64,000 nt of DNA from Octopus vulgaris (Eukaryota): contig OX597829.1 in the NCBI GenBank assembly GCA_951406725.2, forward strand, positions 7,688,001 to 7,752,000, read 5' to 3'. The translations under genes were made by a program, and so were the position numbers. The notes below the pieces were generated by a model. The model saw only the letters and a program-made list of their open reading frames with translations, was not told the origin of the DNA and did not search any database. Of the stretch, positions 1 through 13,777 are shown piece after piece (the first letter of the stretch is position 1; each line of letters opens with the position of its first letter).

Positions 1-124
1 AATAAATACACATAAACACACATCTACACACACACGTATGCGTATATATTCTCTTACTAATTTTAGCTATGAGACTGAGAGTATGCTGGGCCACCATCTT
101 CAAATGATTTCATATAATATATAG

Positions 125-166
125 ACGTATGTATATTGCATGTGTATGTGTGTATATGTATGTGCG

Positions 167-200
<34 letters not shown>

Positions 201-390
201 TATATATATACACATATATATATATATATATATAACACACACACATATATATATATACACACACATATATATACACACACACACACACACACATACACAC
301 ACACACATATATGATTGATTGATTGATTCTAGTTTCAGCTCATATATATATAAACACACACATACATATGCATACATACACACACTTTGC
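125..390. repeat. Compound (TA)n/(CA)n microsatellite
   Basis: Directly visible; source of the spurious YI/HT/CV ORFs. Confidence 0.95.
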
Positions 391-536
391 ATGTATCACA
401 TAGCTTTGCATGTATGTCATGACTTTTAATTACAATTCATTATATTATTGTAATTAAACATAAATTCAATGCTTTACGCAAAAGTTGTATCACTATTATT
501 TATTTATATTTACACAGTATCTATCTATCTATCTAT

Positions 537-594
<58 letters not shown>

Positions 595-596
595 GT

Positions 597-905
597 GGAG
601 GCGCAATGGCCCAGTGGTTAGGGCAGCGGACTCGCGGTCGCAGGATCGCGGTTTCGATTCCCAGACCGGGCATTGTGATCCCTGCTGTACTCTTTCACCA
701 CTCTTTCTTCTGTTGGCCTGCTCGCTTAGCCAGCGGGGTGGCGTCATTCGAAGGCTAAAACAATGCAAACGCATTGTGACAATGTTAATTTTATGGAGAG
801 AATGACGTAATGTACAGCACAAGCATTGATCACTATGAATAAATCACCTGTGCAGGTCATTCACCAAAACCAAACAGCCACAAATTGTCTCCAGTGGAAC
901 ATTCC
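597..905 (+). mobile_element. tRNA-derived SINE, family A, internally deleted copy
   Basis: Head GGAGGCGCAATGGCCCAGTGGTTAGGGCAGCGGACTCGCGG...GGTTTCGATTCCC with Pol III A and B boxes. Head nearly identical to the copy at 28886. The 3' boundary is approximate. Confidence 0.8.
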
Positions 906-1127
906 ATTGTATATGTATAAATGCATTATATATATATATATACTTGAGTGAGTGGAGAAGTGTATGGATCAAAACTAGTAACTGTTGTCGCTTGCATGAC
1001 TTCTCTCAACCAATCGCAAGCCACCTTATGGTAATACTTTCTCTCATTCAAATTCAAAATGGCTGGAGATTAGCATCACACTTGAAACTTGGAGTACCAA
1101 TGAATTTGAATCAAACTGTTTTCATCC

Positions 1128-1175
<48 letters not shown>

Positions 1176-1276
1176 TACAAAATTAGAAAATGGAGAAAAC
1201 ATACTTAAATCAATCAAACATCAACCATCAGATGATACCCAATCAATACTTTATTACACCATTACATAACAGTAAA

Positions 1277-1328
<52 letters not shown>

Positions 1329-1514
1329 CAGAGCAACTTTTGAGGCTAGTCTGATAAAGTGCTACTCTAACATACTCATTTGAAAATATTAATACTACAT
1401 AACTTTTAACATGGAATTATTTATATGAAATGGTGTTAAAAATGGAGTGGTGTTGAAACAATTGTAATTGACAATAAATAGTAATAAAGATGTGCTAAAT
1501 CTTTCCCGCATGTA

Positions 1515-1545
<31 letters not shown>

Positions 1546-1591
1546 CATCATCCTCATTGCTTAATGTCCATTTTCCATGCTAGCATGGGTT

Positions 1592-1632
<41 letters not shown>

Positions 1633-1864
1633 TACACATATATATATACATATATATATATGTATATTTAAAAATAAATAATTAACGCCATTTCTAAATA
1701 CATTACTTTTCTTCTTCAATAAGGCTGAGTTTATTTTATCTTCCAAAGAGGCGGGGATGATAATCATAAGAAAACAAGAGAAAATTTAAAAGAAAAAAAA
1801 ATAACTAAAATCAAATCATTTCAAAACAAAACATAACCCCAAAAAAATAAAACACCTGACATAC

Positions 1865-1945
1865 ACTGAGCAGTAACTTTAGGGTCTTTTCTGGTCGTGG
1901 AATAAACTTTTGCTCAGAACGGGGCAAAGCGAAGAAAGATTCCAA
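1865..1945 (-). CDS. MICU3: Probable next MICU3-like exon (variable region after the EF-hand), 81 bp
   Basis: Long pyrimidine tract, then aatttcag|TTG GAA TCT TTC TTC...CTC AGT|gtatgt. Open in phase 0: LESFFALPRSEQKFIPRPEKTLKLLLS. LESFF resembles the L(Q/E)xIF that follows EFLV in MICU3, but homology is weak. Confidence 0.6.
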
Positions 1946-4149
1946 CTGAAATTACAATAATACAGAAAAAAAAAGAAAAAAAAAACAACAAAATGAAAAG
2001 GTAATGGGGTGTGAGTAAAATACAGTGAAAAAAAAGGCAACAACAACAACTAAAACAACACAAAAATTACAAATCAATATTCAAAAGGAAATAAAATGCA
2101 GAATTATTTAATATCAACTTGTTTACATTTAGAAGGGGGGGGGGCGAAGAGGTGAAACTGAAATTTTTATTTATTTAGATAATGTAAAAATGATGTAGTT
2201 GATTGATATGTGAGAGTGATGTAATTAAATCAGGATATTGATGTTAATTGGTGTAATTAATGAATTAGTTATGTGATTGATGTAATTATTAAGGTGTGAG
2301 ATAGGTGTAACTGTACTAATTCTTAAATTGTTTGTTTGGCTGTGAGATTGATGTGATTGATTAGACTATATAAATTTTGTGTCATTGTTTTTCATTTGAG
2401 AGATATTACCGTTTTAGTGGTGACTGGTCAGTTGTGATATCTAATTTTACTGTTGTCTCAGGTATCAGATTGGTGATTGCCAATTCAATTGTATAACTGA
2501 GGGGTTGAGGGATCCTTTGTAATATTTTTTGCTCAGTTTTAAGATTAATACATTAGTTCCCTTGAGATTATAGTGGTTACAGCAATTATCGAATTGTGTG
2601 ATTAATTAGATTGCTGGTTCGGTACTAATGGAGTTGAGTGATGTACTGTTGTGAGATACTTTTTCTTTATTTAATGATATTATTTCTTTATTGGTACTGT
2701 TGTGAGATACACGCAACTGTGTGGTCGATATCATCACTGGTTTGTGAAATTAAAGTGATAACATTTTCATTTGACTTTTTTTTTTTTTTTTTGGTGGTGA
2801 TCGTGGTGGTCAGTTTTGATCATATGACACTCACAACACACTGACTATTGGTAACTGGTTCAGGTATCAGCATTGTTTTGATGTTAAATAAAATTAATAA
2901 TTTAGTCATGAGAAAGATCTAAAGTAATGAAATGCATTGATACAGTTGATTCAAATATGATACTTATTTTCTTTGAAATGAGAGTTACTTCATGTGTGAT
3001 TAATGCTAAGAAATATAATTCCTGCTTCAGTTATTACGTATTCATTTGAGAATCAGTTGTAATCCATAATGACTGTGATAATTGAATCAGTTGCCCATTT
3101 TATGTCAACATTCAGTTGTGAGGCTTATATTGATGGTTGTTGCTTCAGTTTTGAGACTGGTGTTAAGTGATATGGTTCTTGGTTCATTTGATTGATGTGA
3201 TTCAGTTGAAATATTATTATTATTTTTTAATCGTGACCTGGTAATGACCTGTGCTGGGTCAACTGCAACATTGTTGATTCTTTCCTCAGTTGAATTCTAA
3301 TTTGTACTCATCAGTGATGGTGATGTGACCCTTGATCAAGTTGGCAGTAAATTTTCATTCTGAACTTATGTGATTAGGTTGTCTAGTGTAGTTTATTGTT
3401 TGCTGGACTGTGCAAAAACTCTTTCTCTTTCTACCGGTCACATTAAACAATAAGCCATGAGTCGGGTTGTGAAATGTGTTCTTTGAGAAACTCAATGGGA
3501 CAGGATCAATTCTGTTTGGATTTTGAGAGTTTAGCTTCATTAAAATATCCATCTCATTAGAGAAAACGTTTAATATCAATACATAATATTGCTACATTAA
3601 GTTAACACAAAATGCATATATTTTAAAGCATACCCTTTGAATTGGCCCCAACCTTAAAAAAAAAAGCTTTTTATTTAATACATCCTAATTATACTGAAAA
3701 CTGAAATTTTTAGAAAGCAGGTTGACACTTCTCACTTTGAAATTAAAATAATCCAACTATATTTCTCTGTTAGACCTGGAGAAGGTTTTAACAGGTTTTA
3801 CAACCAAGAATAAAGTACAAGTAAATAAATATTAGTGACAGAAGCAGCATTAACAGCAAATGGTAATCCTTGCATCCCACTAAGTGTGGATGTAATATTA
3901 GAATGTTGAATACTGCAACATTTGCTATGGGAGGTTCTTTCATATAGACATACGGTGCTAAGAGCAGAGAAGAGTATAATCTGGTATGGGTACCAAAACT
4001 GCCAGATCAAATGATTTCAGCATAGAACTTCCTTAGTGGCAGGCATGAAAAGAAAAACATGCAATGTATGTATATATGTATACACAGAAGAAAAAGTGAT
4101 GATGATGACAATGACGCAGGAGGACCTACATCTAGGATCAATCAAGAAA

Positions 4150-5900
4150 TTCTGCCATGCAAGATTATCCTGAACACAAATGTCAAGTACCCTCTCCAAA
4201 TGTTGTTCTTAGGCTTAACACCTACACTTAAAGAGTGGTCTCATTCACTCTTACCCTTTTCATCACTTTCACCCATCTTTCAAAGAATTTGAGGTCAGAA
4301 CTTCTCACTCTACCCTTACCTTGGGACATTCCTTTATAGATCAAATATGTGATATAAAATAGTTCCAAGAAGTGTTTGTTTTTTTTTTCATGGGGATGCT
4401 GTTATGCACTGCAGCAATCCAACCTTGAGAAAGGTGCCCCAAAAATGTTTCTTTCAGTATAGCTGCCCATATTTTGACAATCTCAATTAAACACTTCCAA
4501 TTGATCTAACTTAATCAGGGCCCTACTGAAACCAGCTTGATTCCCAACCCTCTCTCTATGACGTATCATATGAAGTAGAGAAAGTTATGGATGGACCTGT
4601 TCGAGATTGTGCAGGCTAGCAATTCCCCAACCACACCACTTAATGATAAACACTAGCCTCTTCACTAACATTTTGGCCAAAGTTTTAAAACTCTACATTC
4701 AGCAGAGTAACAGACTGAATGTTGTCTGGCATATCTTCCTTCTCAGCATCCTTTCCTAGCTCACTGCACTGGGAATTTTCATATTCCACAACACTTTTCA
4801 GATGATGTCCGCCAAGAGGTTCCCAAAAATGTTTGGCAGGAACTCCTAAAATTCACAGGCCAAATCATCTAAACCAGGTGAGTTGTGCTTCAAACAACCA
4901 CCCCTGTACTTTCTGTATTTCAATGGCCGTTACTGACATTTCAACATCTGTTAAGAGCCATGACAGGTCATCGTACATAGTAAGGTGCTAAAGTCTGCTT
5001 ATCTCTGACTCACCACCAGCACCAAACAGCTGAGCAAAATGCTGCTAGAAATTCACACATGTTTACTTGCACTTGTTCAGGTCCATCAAAATCCATATTG
5101 TGGTTTTCTTGCCGCAATCAAACCTCTTTTACCTGAGCCCATTGAATAACTTTAGTTTCCATATGATGTAGTACAGGAGTCCTAGCTTCAGCAATGCAGC
5201 TTTTGATAATCACATCTCCTAGCTTAATCATTAGCTCCTTCTCCAATTTATTTCATTCTGTTACTAGCTCTTTGCTAAATATTGATCTTGATGAAATCAG
5301 CCACTTCAGAGTGCTCCACCACTGGTCTGTGACAACTACTACATTCAATTACCATTTAACAAATTCGCTAAACCTGTCCCTGTAGATTTTGCATATCGGT
5401 AACAAGGTGTCCAGCTTCAGTCTATAAGTCTCAACTACATCAACCACGGAGATCACAAGTTTGTGGTCTGTAAGGTGAAGCTATTCATACTGTGCAAAGC
5501 CTAAAACACTATCAGTCTTGATATGATCTGGATGTCCTGTTGTGTATGTTCTATGTCCACATGAGCACGTTCAGGAAATCCACTCAGTATCTGTCAAGCA
5601 TTAGGAAACACCTGCACATGTTCGTGAGGCTTTACACTCCCTACTTCTATACGCTAGCCTCACCAAGTGTCTAAAATGCAATTCCAATCCCTCACTAGAA
5701 CTAGAGAAAAGGACACATCTGGAAAAGATTTTAGATATCTGAAGAAATTTGCCAATCCTGTCTCGGTTAGACCATAGATGGCAACTCGTCTGAATGCACC
5801 ACTATTGCTGCCATTTACACCCAGGGCCATCGAACTTTAGAGATTAATAATGAAACAGAGATAAATGCAAAGAATAACGTAACAGACATCAATACTCTGG
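4150..5900 (-). mobile_element. Highly decayed L1/Tx1-clade LINE ORF2 relic
   Basis: Minus-strand remnants TDHKLVI (~5460, APE SDH motif), NSPGLDDLACEF (~4870, cf. KSPGxDGLPxEF) and NIQSVTLLNVEF..KLLAKM (~4700, cf. NxRPITLLNxDxKILAK). Many stops; boundaries approximate. Confidence 0.65.
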
Positions 5901-6049
5901 CTGTCCCCAGTAATACAGTGTAATTATAATATTCTCACTTGGCTGCTAAGATTAATAATGACAGCATTTAAAATACACCATATAGGACATAAGTTAAATT
6001 TACCATAGAAACAGGTGTCTTACACAACTAGAAAATTATTATAAAATAT

Positions 6050-6830
6050 TCACAGTAAAATCTTAAAAAAGAATAATGTAAAGAATGATGGAAAACTGAT
6101 ACATGTAGCTATAAAACATGGAGAAAGTGAACTGCTTTGTCTTCAAGGAAAAGATATGAGAAAAAAGGAAAGGATTGCAGTTAAGAAGGGATGAAAAGCA
6201 ATAAAAATTATGAATTTAATCTAAAATTTTTGTTAAAGCCTGCTATGATAAAGTGATGACAAGAAAAATTCTAACATAGCCCAAGTCTGTAAAGCTAAAC
6301 AGAGCAAGAGCAGACAAGGAAAAAGTCACAACAACAGTTGAGAAATGTAAGATTCAAAATTGAGACTAAAGCACTATTGATTGCATCACAAGATCAAAGC
6401 CTTCCCACAAAAAATATATATATATAATGAAGCAGAATATAGCCAAATAACAACAGGATATGTGGAAATTGGAAAGAATGAACATTATCTTTGGCTGTTC
6501 AGTCTTACCAAGAAAGAATATATTCACAGGTATCACAGAATTGTGCCAGCATTATGGAACACCTACAGGAAAGATGTTGTATACGCATGCATCAGAAAAG
6601 CTCTTTAAGAATGACATGCTTTAGGATATGCTAATCCACATAGGATAAGAAATCAAGGATAATAAATCTGATATTATTATCAAAGATTCAGGAAAGGAAA
6701 TGCCTCTTGATCAAGGCACCATTTCTCAAAATATGATAATGTATTGCTTTAAAAAAGTGGTGATATGATCTAAAAGATCTTGAAATGTTGATAACCAGAA
6801 TGGGAGCTGAAAATAGAAACAACTCCTCTA
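6050..6830 (+). mobile_element. Decayed R4/Dong-like (RLE) non-LTR retrotransposon 3' fragment
   Basis: Remnants ASQDQSL, KKEYIHR(Y)H and NKSDIIIKD (cf. AAQDQSL, YxxRH, NRPDII of RLE-type elements). Confidence 0.5.
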
Positions 6831-7330
6831 ATAAGTGTTTCCAATATAAGCATACACTTAAAAATTTGAGAGTAGGGCTTGCTCAATTACATTATCCTTG
6901 ATATATGGCTGGGGTTCATTTAATTGACTATATTTTATTAACCCTGGAAGGATGGAAAGCAAAGTTGAGCTCAGCAAAACTTAAGCTCTGAAATGAGTAG
7001 TTAAAAAGAAGAACAGTAAGGAATTTAATCTTACAATTCTGCCTATACACCACTCTCAACAATCCCTTTAATTGTAGGTGCTTTGTAAATGATTGATAAA
7101 AATGCAGACAAATATGTAACCAAAAGTCTAAGGGCTTACAAATATGCATCACATACACAGAAAACATTACTAACCTTTGTACCCATTTTATATCAATAGT
7201 GTGTGTCAGTACATGAGCAAGTACAAAAACTAAAACAAAATACTGCACATATCCAAAGTACAGAGAGCTTTACTTTGTAATGCAGTGAATGCATGCAATG
7301 AAAATATCACTGATGCAGAAATAATAACAA

Positions 7331-7530
7331 TACAGGTAAATCCCATAATCATGGAAATGTTGCATTCCTGAAACAGCTTGCTGTAATATGGAATACCATA
7401 GAATGAAATCTACTTTTCAGTTCTGTGTTACACAGGTTAATGAACACTAAAGTCAAAAGGAAAAATGTTTTCCATTAAAGCATTCCAGCGAAATTTTTCA
7501 GGAACACATTTTTGTAACATGGAGAATGCA

Positions 7531-7532
<2 letters not shown>
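7331..7532. mobile_element. Degenerate pogo/Tigger-like MITE; related copy at ~15480-15645
   Basis: Imperfect terminal inverted motifs atggaaatgttgcattcctgaaa ... tttcaggaacacatt..aacatggagaa are shared by both copies. Confidence 0.4.
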
Positions 7533-7565
<33 letters not shown>

Positions 7566-7829
7566 TGTTTCTAACATAGGCAAGAGGCTGAACATTTTGG
7601 AGAGGGGCAGTTTTTTACATTGACCTTAGTATATGATCAGTACTTTATTTTATTCATTCATTTTATCAAGCACAAGTGGATGAAAGAATTTGAGCTAATA
7701 AAAGAACATAAAGTGCTGGATCAAACAATTCATTGTATTTTGTTTGACATAAATAATTCTGGCAAATAATAAAACAACAAAAAGATATTTTAATAATGGC
7801 TAAAAAATGCAGTGGAGCACCAGGAAAAT

Positions 7830-9756
7830 TAAGTGCCAGAAACTGAAAGCAGCAAGAAAATTTTGGTCAGAAATCTAGAGCAAAGAAATTCAAACATAAT
7901 ATGGAAACTGATTGGTTATGAAAATTTTAAAATGAAATGGAAGACAGAGCAAAACAAGAAAATATCAACGTTAAGGAAAAGAAATACCAAATTAGAAAGC
8001 TACCAGATCAAATGATGTTCAACAATTCTGACTAAAAAAATCTTTTATGTATACACAGTTCTATATACAACCATTTCTTATTGATTATATAGAAAATGGA
8101 ATGTCAAAATAAATGAAAATAAAAAAGACATTGGTGCAGAAGGACAAAGAAAAGAGATGGGAAGTTGGCAATTATAGACTTATTACTTGCTTACAATTAC
8201 TCTGGAAAATATTAACTGGCCTCATAACTGGAGAAGGAGAATCTACTGTCAGAGGAGCAAAAGCGATGCAGAAAGAAGTCAAGGGGAATTGCTGATTTGT
8301 TATATAGAGATAACAGAATACTAAATGAGGCACAAGTACAAAAGAAGAGTCTAGCTATTGACTGAATATGCTAAAAGAAGGCTTATGACACTATTCCATA
8401 CTGCTGGCTCTTGAAGTACCTGAAGACAATAAAAAGAGTCAATAAAAAGATAAACAGCTTTTTGGAAAAAGCAATGAAAGCATGGGAAGTAGAACTCAAA
8501 TGCATAAACGAACCACTGGGAAGTATGAAAATGCACAAGGCAATCTTTCAGAGAGTCTTGCTTTATTTTCTTCCTTGTTTTGTTAATCTCTATGACAAGT
8601 ATATAGAGAGAAGATTTAGATCTGCCTATTAGTTTGTGAAAACCAAGGTGAAAATAAATTGAAAATAAGTCACTAGCTGTATTTGAATGTCCTGAAACTA
8701 CATACAAAAAGTGAAAAAGACCAAGATTATCCATTAAGAGTATTTGGCAAGTCTATTGGAATGCAGTTTGGGGAGATAAGTGCACAGTGCTAATCATGAA
8801 GGCCAGAAGATAAATTCTGATGGCATAACATTACCACAAAACAAGATCCTTATCACTGTAGAATAATGAGGGATACAAAATATCTAGAGTTGCTGAATGC
8901 TGCAAGAAAATTGGATAATAGAAGGAGAAATGAGAGAGAGAAATCTCCAAAGGCTACAAGAGATGGATTAAGATGGCACACAAAACAAAATTAAATGGAA
9001 GGAATATTATCGAAGTAATGAATAATATTAGCGTAACATGAGAGTCTAGACTATTAAAAAGGTTGCAAGACAAAACAAAAATTTTAGGAAAATAAAAATA
9101 AGGAACAAGTGGAAATTTTACTGGTGAGGTGATGAATTATAAGGCACAGAAAGAAAATGACTCTCCCCAGACACAACAGAATATGCTTCAACACATGAAC
9201 TCGTATAAAGAATCTTGCAAACCAAATCCAAAAATGAAGCATAACACGAGTTATGTCAGTATTAAGATATTCTGATGCCCTATTCATATGGACAAAGACC
9301 AAACTATAGAACTTAGATGGGAGAACCAAGAAGCTGCTCACAATGCACTCCACCCTAAAAGTAATATCAACAGACACTACCTGCCAGGAAAGGAAGAAGG
9401 TGCAGAATTACTAAATGCAGAAGACATTACATTAGTACTGCAATATTGGAGTTGAAATAATATTGTATGTAGTGAAGAAAGGATACTATTGGAAGCTAGA
9501 TATGTTTAAAAAGTTACTGAAACAGCAGCAGAATTCAAGAACAGAAGGAAAACAACAGAGAAGGAATTACATGGAAAATTAATGTAACAATTTGAAACAA
9601 GACACTGAATCACTATTTATAGCTGCCCAGGAACAAGCCATTAGGATAAATTTAATAGAAGCACAGATTGATAAAACTCAGATAGCAAATGCAGTAATCT
9701 AGCACAAAAAGAGTATAAACACAAAAATGCTCTAACAATTCAGCAAACTTGCTGCC

Positions 9757-9760
<4 letters not shown>
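7830..9760 (+). mobile_element. Decayed R4/Dong-like non-LTR retrotransposon RT region
   Basis: GNYRLITCLQLLWKILTG (cf. NYRPITCLPLMWKLLTG), KKAYD-like remnant at ~8380 and AAQEQAIR at ~9620. Followed by an (AAT)n tract. Confidence 0.65.
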
Positions 9761-9790
<30 letters not shown>

Positions 9791-9809
9791 CAACAAGAAC
9801 AACTTTTTC

Positions 9810-10020
9810 TAAGTTTTGGCACAAGGCCAGGGATTTTGAAGAGTGGAGGAAAGTGAAATACATTGACACTAGTACTCAGCTGGTACTTATTTTATCAACT
9901 GTGGAAGAATGATAGGCAAAATCAATGTTGGTGGCATTTGAACACAGAAAGTAAAGCTAGAAGAAATGCTGCTAAGCATTTGTCTGGCATGACAATGATT
10001 CTGCCAACTTTGCTGCCGTA
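9810..10020 (-). mobile_element. SINE family B (cttt catc...gataaaataagtacc core). Other degenerate copies at ~6890-7000, 7565-7760, 16290-16420, 17970-18180, 25955-26162 (-) and 52875-53095 (+)
   Basis: Shared conserved core and B-box-like gagttcaaattc across the copies. Confidence 0.7.
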
Positions 10021-13000
10021 AAATTGATGATGAGTTTCAAATTTTGGCACAAGAGCAACAATTTTGGTGGGAAGAGGTTTGTTGTTTACAATGACCTCAG
10101 GACTTGTGCGCTACAAAAGAGCAAAGATGACCTCAGCAGGATTTAAGAACATCAAGAGTATATAGAAATACTCCATGGCACTTTGCTTAACACTCAACAA
10201 CATCACCAGCAATAACAATATGATTTTTTAAACAATTGTATTTCTAACATTATCGTGCCTTCACAGCATATTTCTGAATCCTAACAACTTTTCAAAGATG
10301 TTCTATGATTCTGCCATGATTCTTCAATGCTGAACGCTCACCCCTACAGAAAATGAAATATATCTATGACTAATATTGTAAGACAACTACCAATAATAAA
10401 AATTTTCATAATTATCTTCCTCCTTTTGTCATCACTGTCATCATTAACAGCATCATTGTTAATGAAAAGATAATCAAATTATCATCATATTCTAGTGCAC
10501 ACGATCTTCATTCTAGACAAACAATTAAGGAAATCGCTAAATGAAAGTAGATGTTTACAAACACAATACAAGTGTAGGCGTAAAAAGAGATACCTATGTA
10601 CATGTACACTATCCATATGCATATGAGCATTATAAATATTCATGTATACACACACATACACATATGCAGAGAGAGAGAGAGAGAGAGCTATTTCTTCACT
10701 TGAAAATATTGGGTTTTAAACATTTATGAGCAATCATTTAAAAATATATTGTTGCTGCTACCGTTATTTTTAGGTGGTAAAGATATAGGCAAACATAGTA
10801 GAATATTAGGCATAGAAGAGTACTGGGTTAAATTTCATGTACGTTGGCATTATAAATGCAGATTCATTTAGAGTAGTCTTTGTTTCTTATTTCTTTGAAA
10901 ATTGATAAAATTTTTACCATTTTTGTTGCTGCTGTTAATGTGTCAGCTGAGATCAGGCCTGACCTATTGGTCCTGATTGAGCAGATGGTAACATGTACAT
11001 AGGTAGATAGTGTGCAGTTGTTTTGAAATATTGTTGAACAATTGACCATGTGTGATCCAGATTCATAGCTGTGAATGCTCGGACACTATGGTTTTGTTAT
11101 TTTCTGTCTCATGTTCTAGCTGTAACCATCCCATTTTTTCTGGCATGTCATATCCAAGTCTGATTTATCTATAAGAGATGTGTGAATTTTGACTGAGATT
11201 TGTCAGCTGTTAGTAGCAGATCAAATAACTGCATAGAATCTTCTTTGTAAACTGGTAGTGCAGTGAAATAAATTCAGCTGATTATGTTTGTTTATTATAT
11301 TCATTATGTTTTGGCTTTTTCTTTTTCTTCTTTTATTAGAGGTAGCAAGCAAAATATATTTAAAGAATTTAAATCTGCTTTAGATTCATGTCATTCCCAT
11401 CCACCTTTTTTTTTTTTTCTTTCTTTGTTAACCCTATTTGAAAAGTCCAATGAAGAAGCCAAGTTTGCTTTGCTCTGATTATTACAAATATTTTTACCTG
11501 GTTATTATTGCTGTTAGACCCTGATCAGCTCAGGTGTGAAAAATGATCTCTATAACTGGTCAAAGTGCCTCGTTCCTAGTCAAAAAGAGGTATTCACTGT
11601 TCTGGGACATCATTCTTCATCCTATGAGATATCTGGTGTAGCACAGGTGTTCAAGACATTTTCACTGTTCACTACCTATACATATTCTATGTACTGTTCA
11701 TGCAGTTTTGGTTATTTTTCTGATGAGTTGTAGTGCACCTGAGCACTGATTACAATAAGTTCATTATTATTATATTGCAGCTAAATCCATCGAATACTTT
11801 TTTTCAAACATAACTTATCTCAGGTTGCATCAGCCAATGTATCCTTCTCCTTTCTCGTTTGGTTCTTAAAAATAGCAGCTTATGAATTGTTACTGATCAG
11901 GTTGGTAGTTTCAAGCAGGTTAAGTGATTCTATGGAGACTCTCTTTTCCACTCTTGCTGATTTATTCCTATTTTCTATTCGGCTCTAGAAAGGTCTTAAC
12001 TGATTGACCAATACTACTTCAGCTTCTCTATCAATGACTCTAAAGTGTTGCAAGTTCCAATAACAAGTGCTTATTTAATAATACATGACTTTGACTTTCT
12101 GACTGCACACTTGAGAAGCTAAATATTGTTTGATTTCAAATACTTTTGTAAATTGACTTTATTATTTCTCTAAATGTAACTAACCCCTGCTTTTATGCAA
12201 TTCTCTAATGAGTTATGGCTTCCAAATAGATTCTATTGCTCTTTAGTGCAATGAAATGTTTTGAGGGATATTTTAGATGTGCCAAACTTCCTTAAGATGA
12301 ACTGAATTTTTTGCTAATTCACTGGAATATCCCCTGCAGCATTCTTCTACAATGATGTACTACAATTGATCCTGTGTTACTTTTGTTTAGTTGCAGGTCA
12401 TTTATGATTTATCAGATCTTATACTCAAAAGCACTCCACTTATAACAGCCCCATCATTTTTACTGAGGCAGCTAAGACTCACAGATACCATCTTAAGACA
12501 TCTGAGTTTGATTTAAAGGAACTTGTAAGTTATTTTATACTCAATGATAATGAAGAACATGGGGTTGCCACAGTAGGACTGAAGTCCCACAAGTGCACCA
12601 GTGAGATGTTCTCCATGAGTCTCAGATCTTTTCTAAAAAGATTTCAAATTTATTGCACTTATGCTTCATCAAGTAGTTCTTTGGTTTTAAGATAATTTTG
12701 TCGTTGCTTTTTTTTTTTTCCCCCCCCATAATTTGTTAATTCTTGTTTAAGCTTTGCTAGCTACTGATAGTCAGTATACAAAGAAATATTCTTAAACTTA
12801 AGATATGGAGTAAAATGCATGTGGCTCCTGGGAAATTGAAGAATTAAAAGTTGACCATTATAAAAAGAAGTTACTGTCCTTCAATGCAGAGATTTATTTG
12901 TTGATAAAGTCAGAGAGTTGGAAGCACAGCCAGGGAGGTGTAAAGACAAAAATACAATGAACCATTGCTATGAACATCCAGTCTAGAAATGGTCCCTGTT

Positions 13001-13191
13001 ATGTACTGCTTTCACTTGCTTTTCTTAATCTATTGCTCTACACAGCATCATTGGGCTGCTACTCTTTTGAATGACTAACCTCTCATATATTTCCATATTT
13101 CAGATTTCTTCATGTCCAATGTCTGAAGTTCTGCAGTAAGAGGATAACTAATAAACACTGTAACAAGTTGTTTAACTTTTTCTTATTTTAA

Positions 13192-13424
13192 CCCTTTAGC
13201 ATTCAAATTATTCTGTCAAATGCAAGGCTTATTTATTATCATTATTTTGAATTAATCCTGCATCATCTTGTAGCATACACATTTCAACTGCGTATTCCTA
13301 GAATGACATTGTAGGGTGTGTGTGTGAGAAGCACACATACCTGTTTGAACATAAAGAGGCCAGTTTGAACATAAAAAGAGGTAGAATATTTTGACCACAT
13401 TTGGCTGGTTTAAATGCTAAAGGG
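13192..13424. mobile_element. piggyBac-like MITE; related copies at ~45107-45323 and ~55755-55958
   Basis: TTAA|CCCTTTAGCATT ... AATGCTAAAGGG|TTAA terminal inverted repeats with a TTAA target duplication. Internal sequence is shared among the three copies. Confidence 0.8.
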
Positions 13425-13777
13425 TTAATGATTGTTAAGATATGTTTGGATTTCTTTTATTCAATGAATATACAGACATGATGTGAAATAAATGTTTAAG
13501 AAAAAAAAAATGGGAAGCAACACAGAGAAATAGGATAAGGATAGGTACTGCTTGTTTACAGTGTGCAGTTGGCAAAACCCGTTCTTTTAACAATTAGAGA
13601 ATGAAGGGCATTGATTAGGATGTTTCACATGTCATTTAGTAAGCAGGGAGAGGGAAAGAAGAAACTTCTAGAGTACAGAAGTAGTGGATTATTATACTGT
13701 AGATGTGGTACAAAGGAAAGAAACAATGTGAACTACACTAGAGATACCTAATTACCACCCAACTAACTGAATAGTAA

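Noticed and set aside
11715-11775. Isolated CTGATGA words (also 3308, 23224, 24260)
   Set aside because: No properly placed GAAA with stems I-III; 23224 lies inside the RTE coding region.
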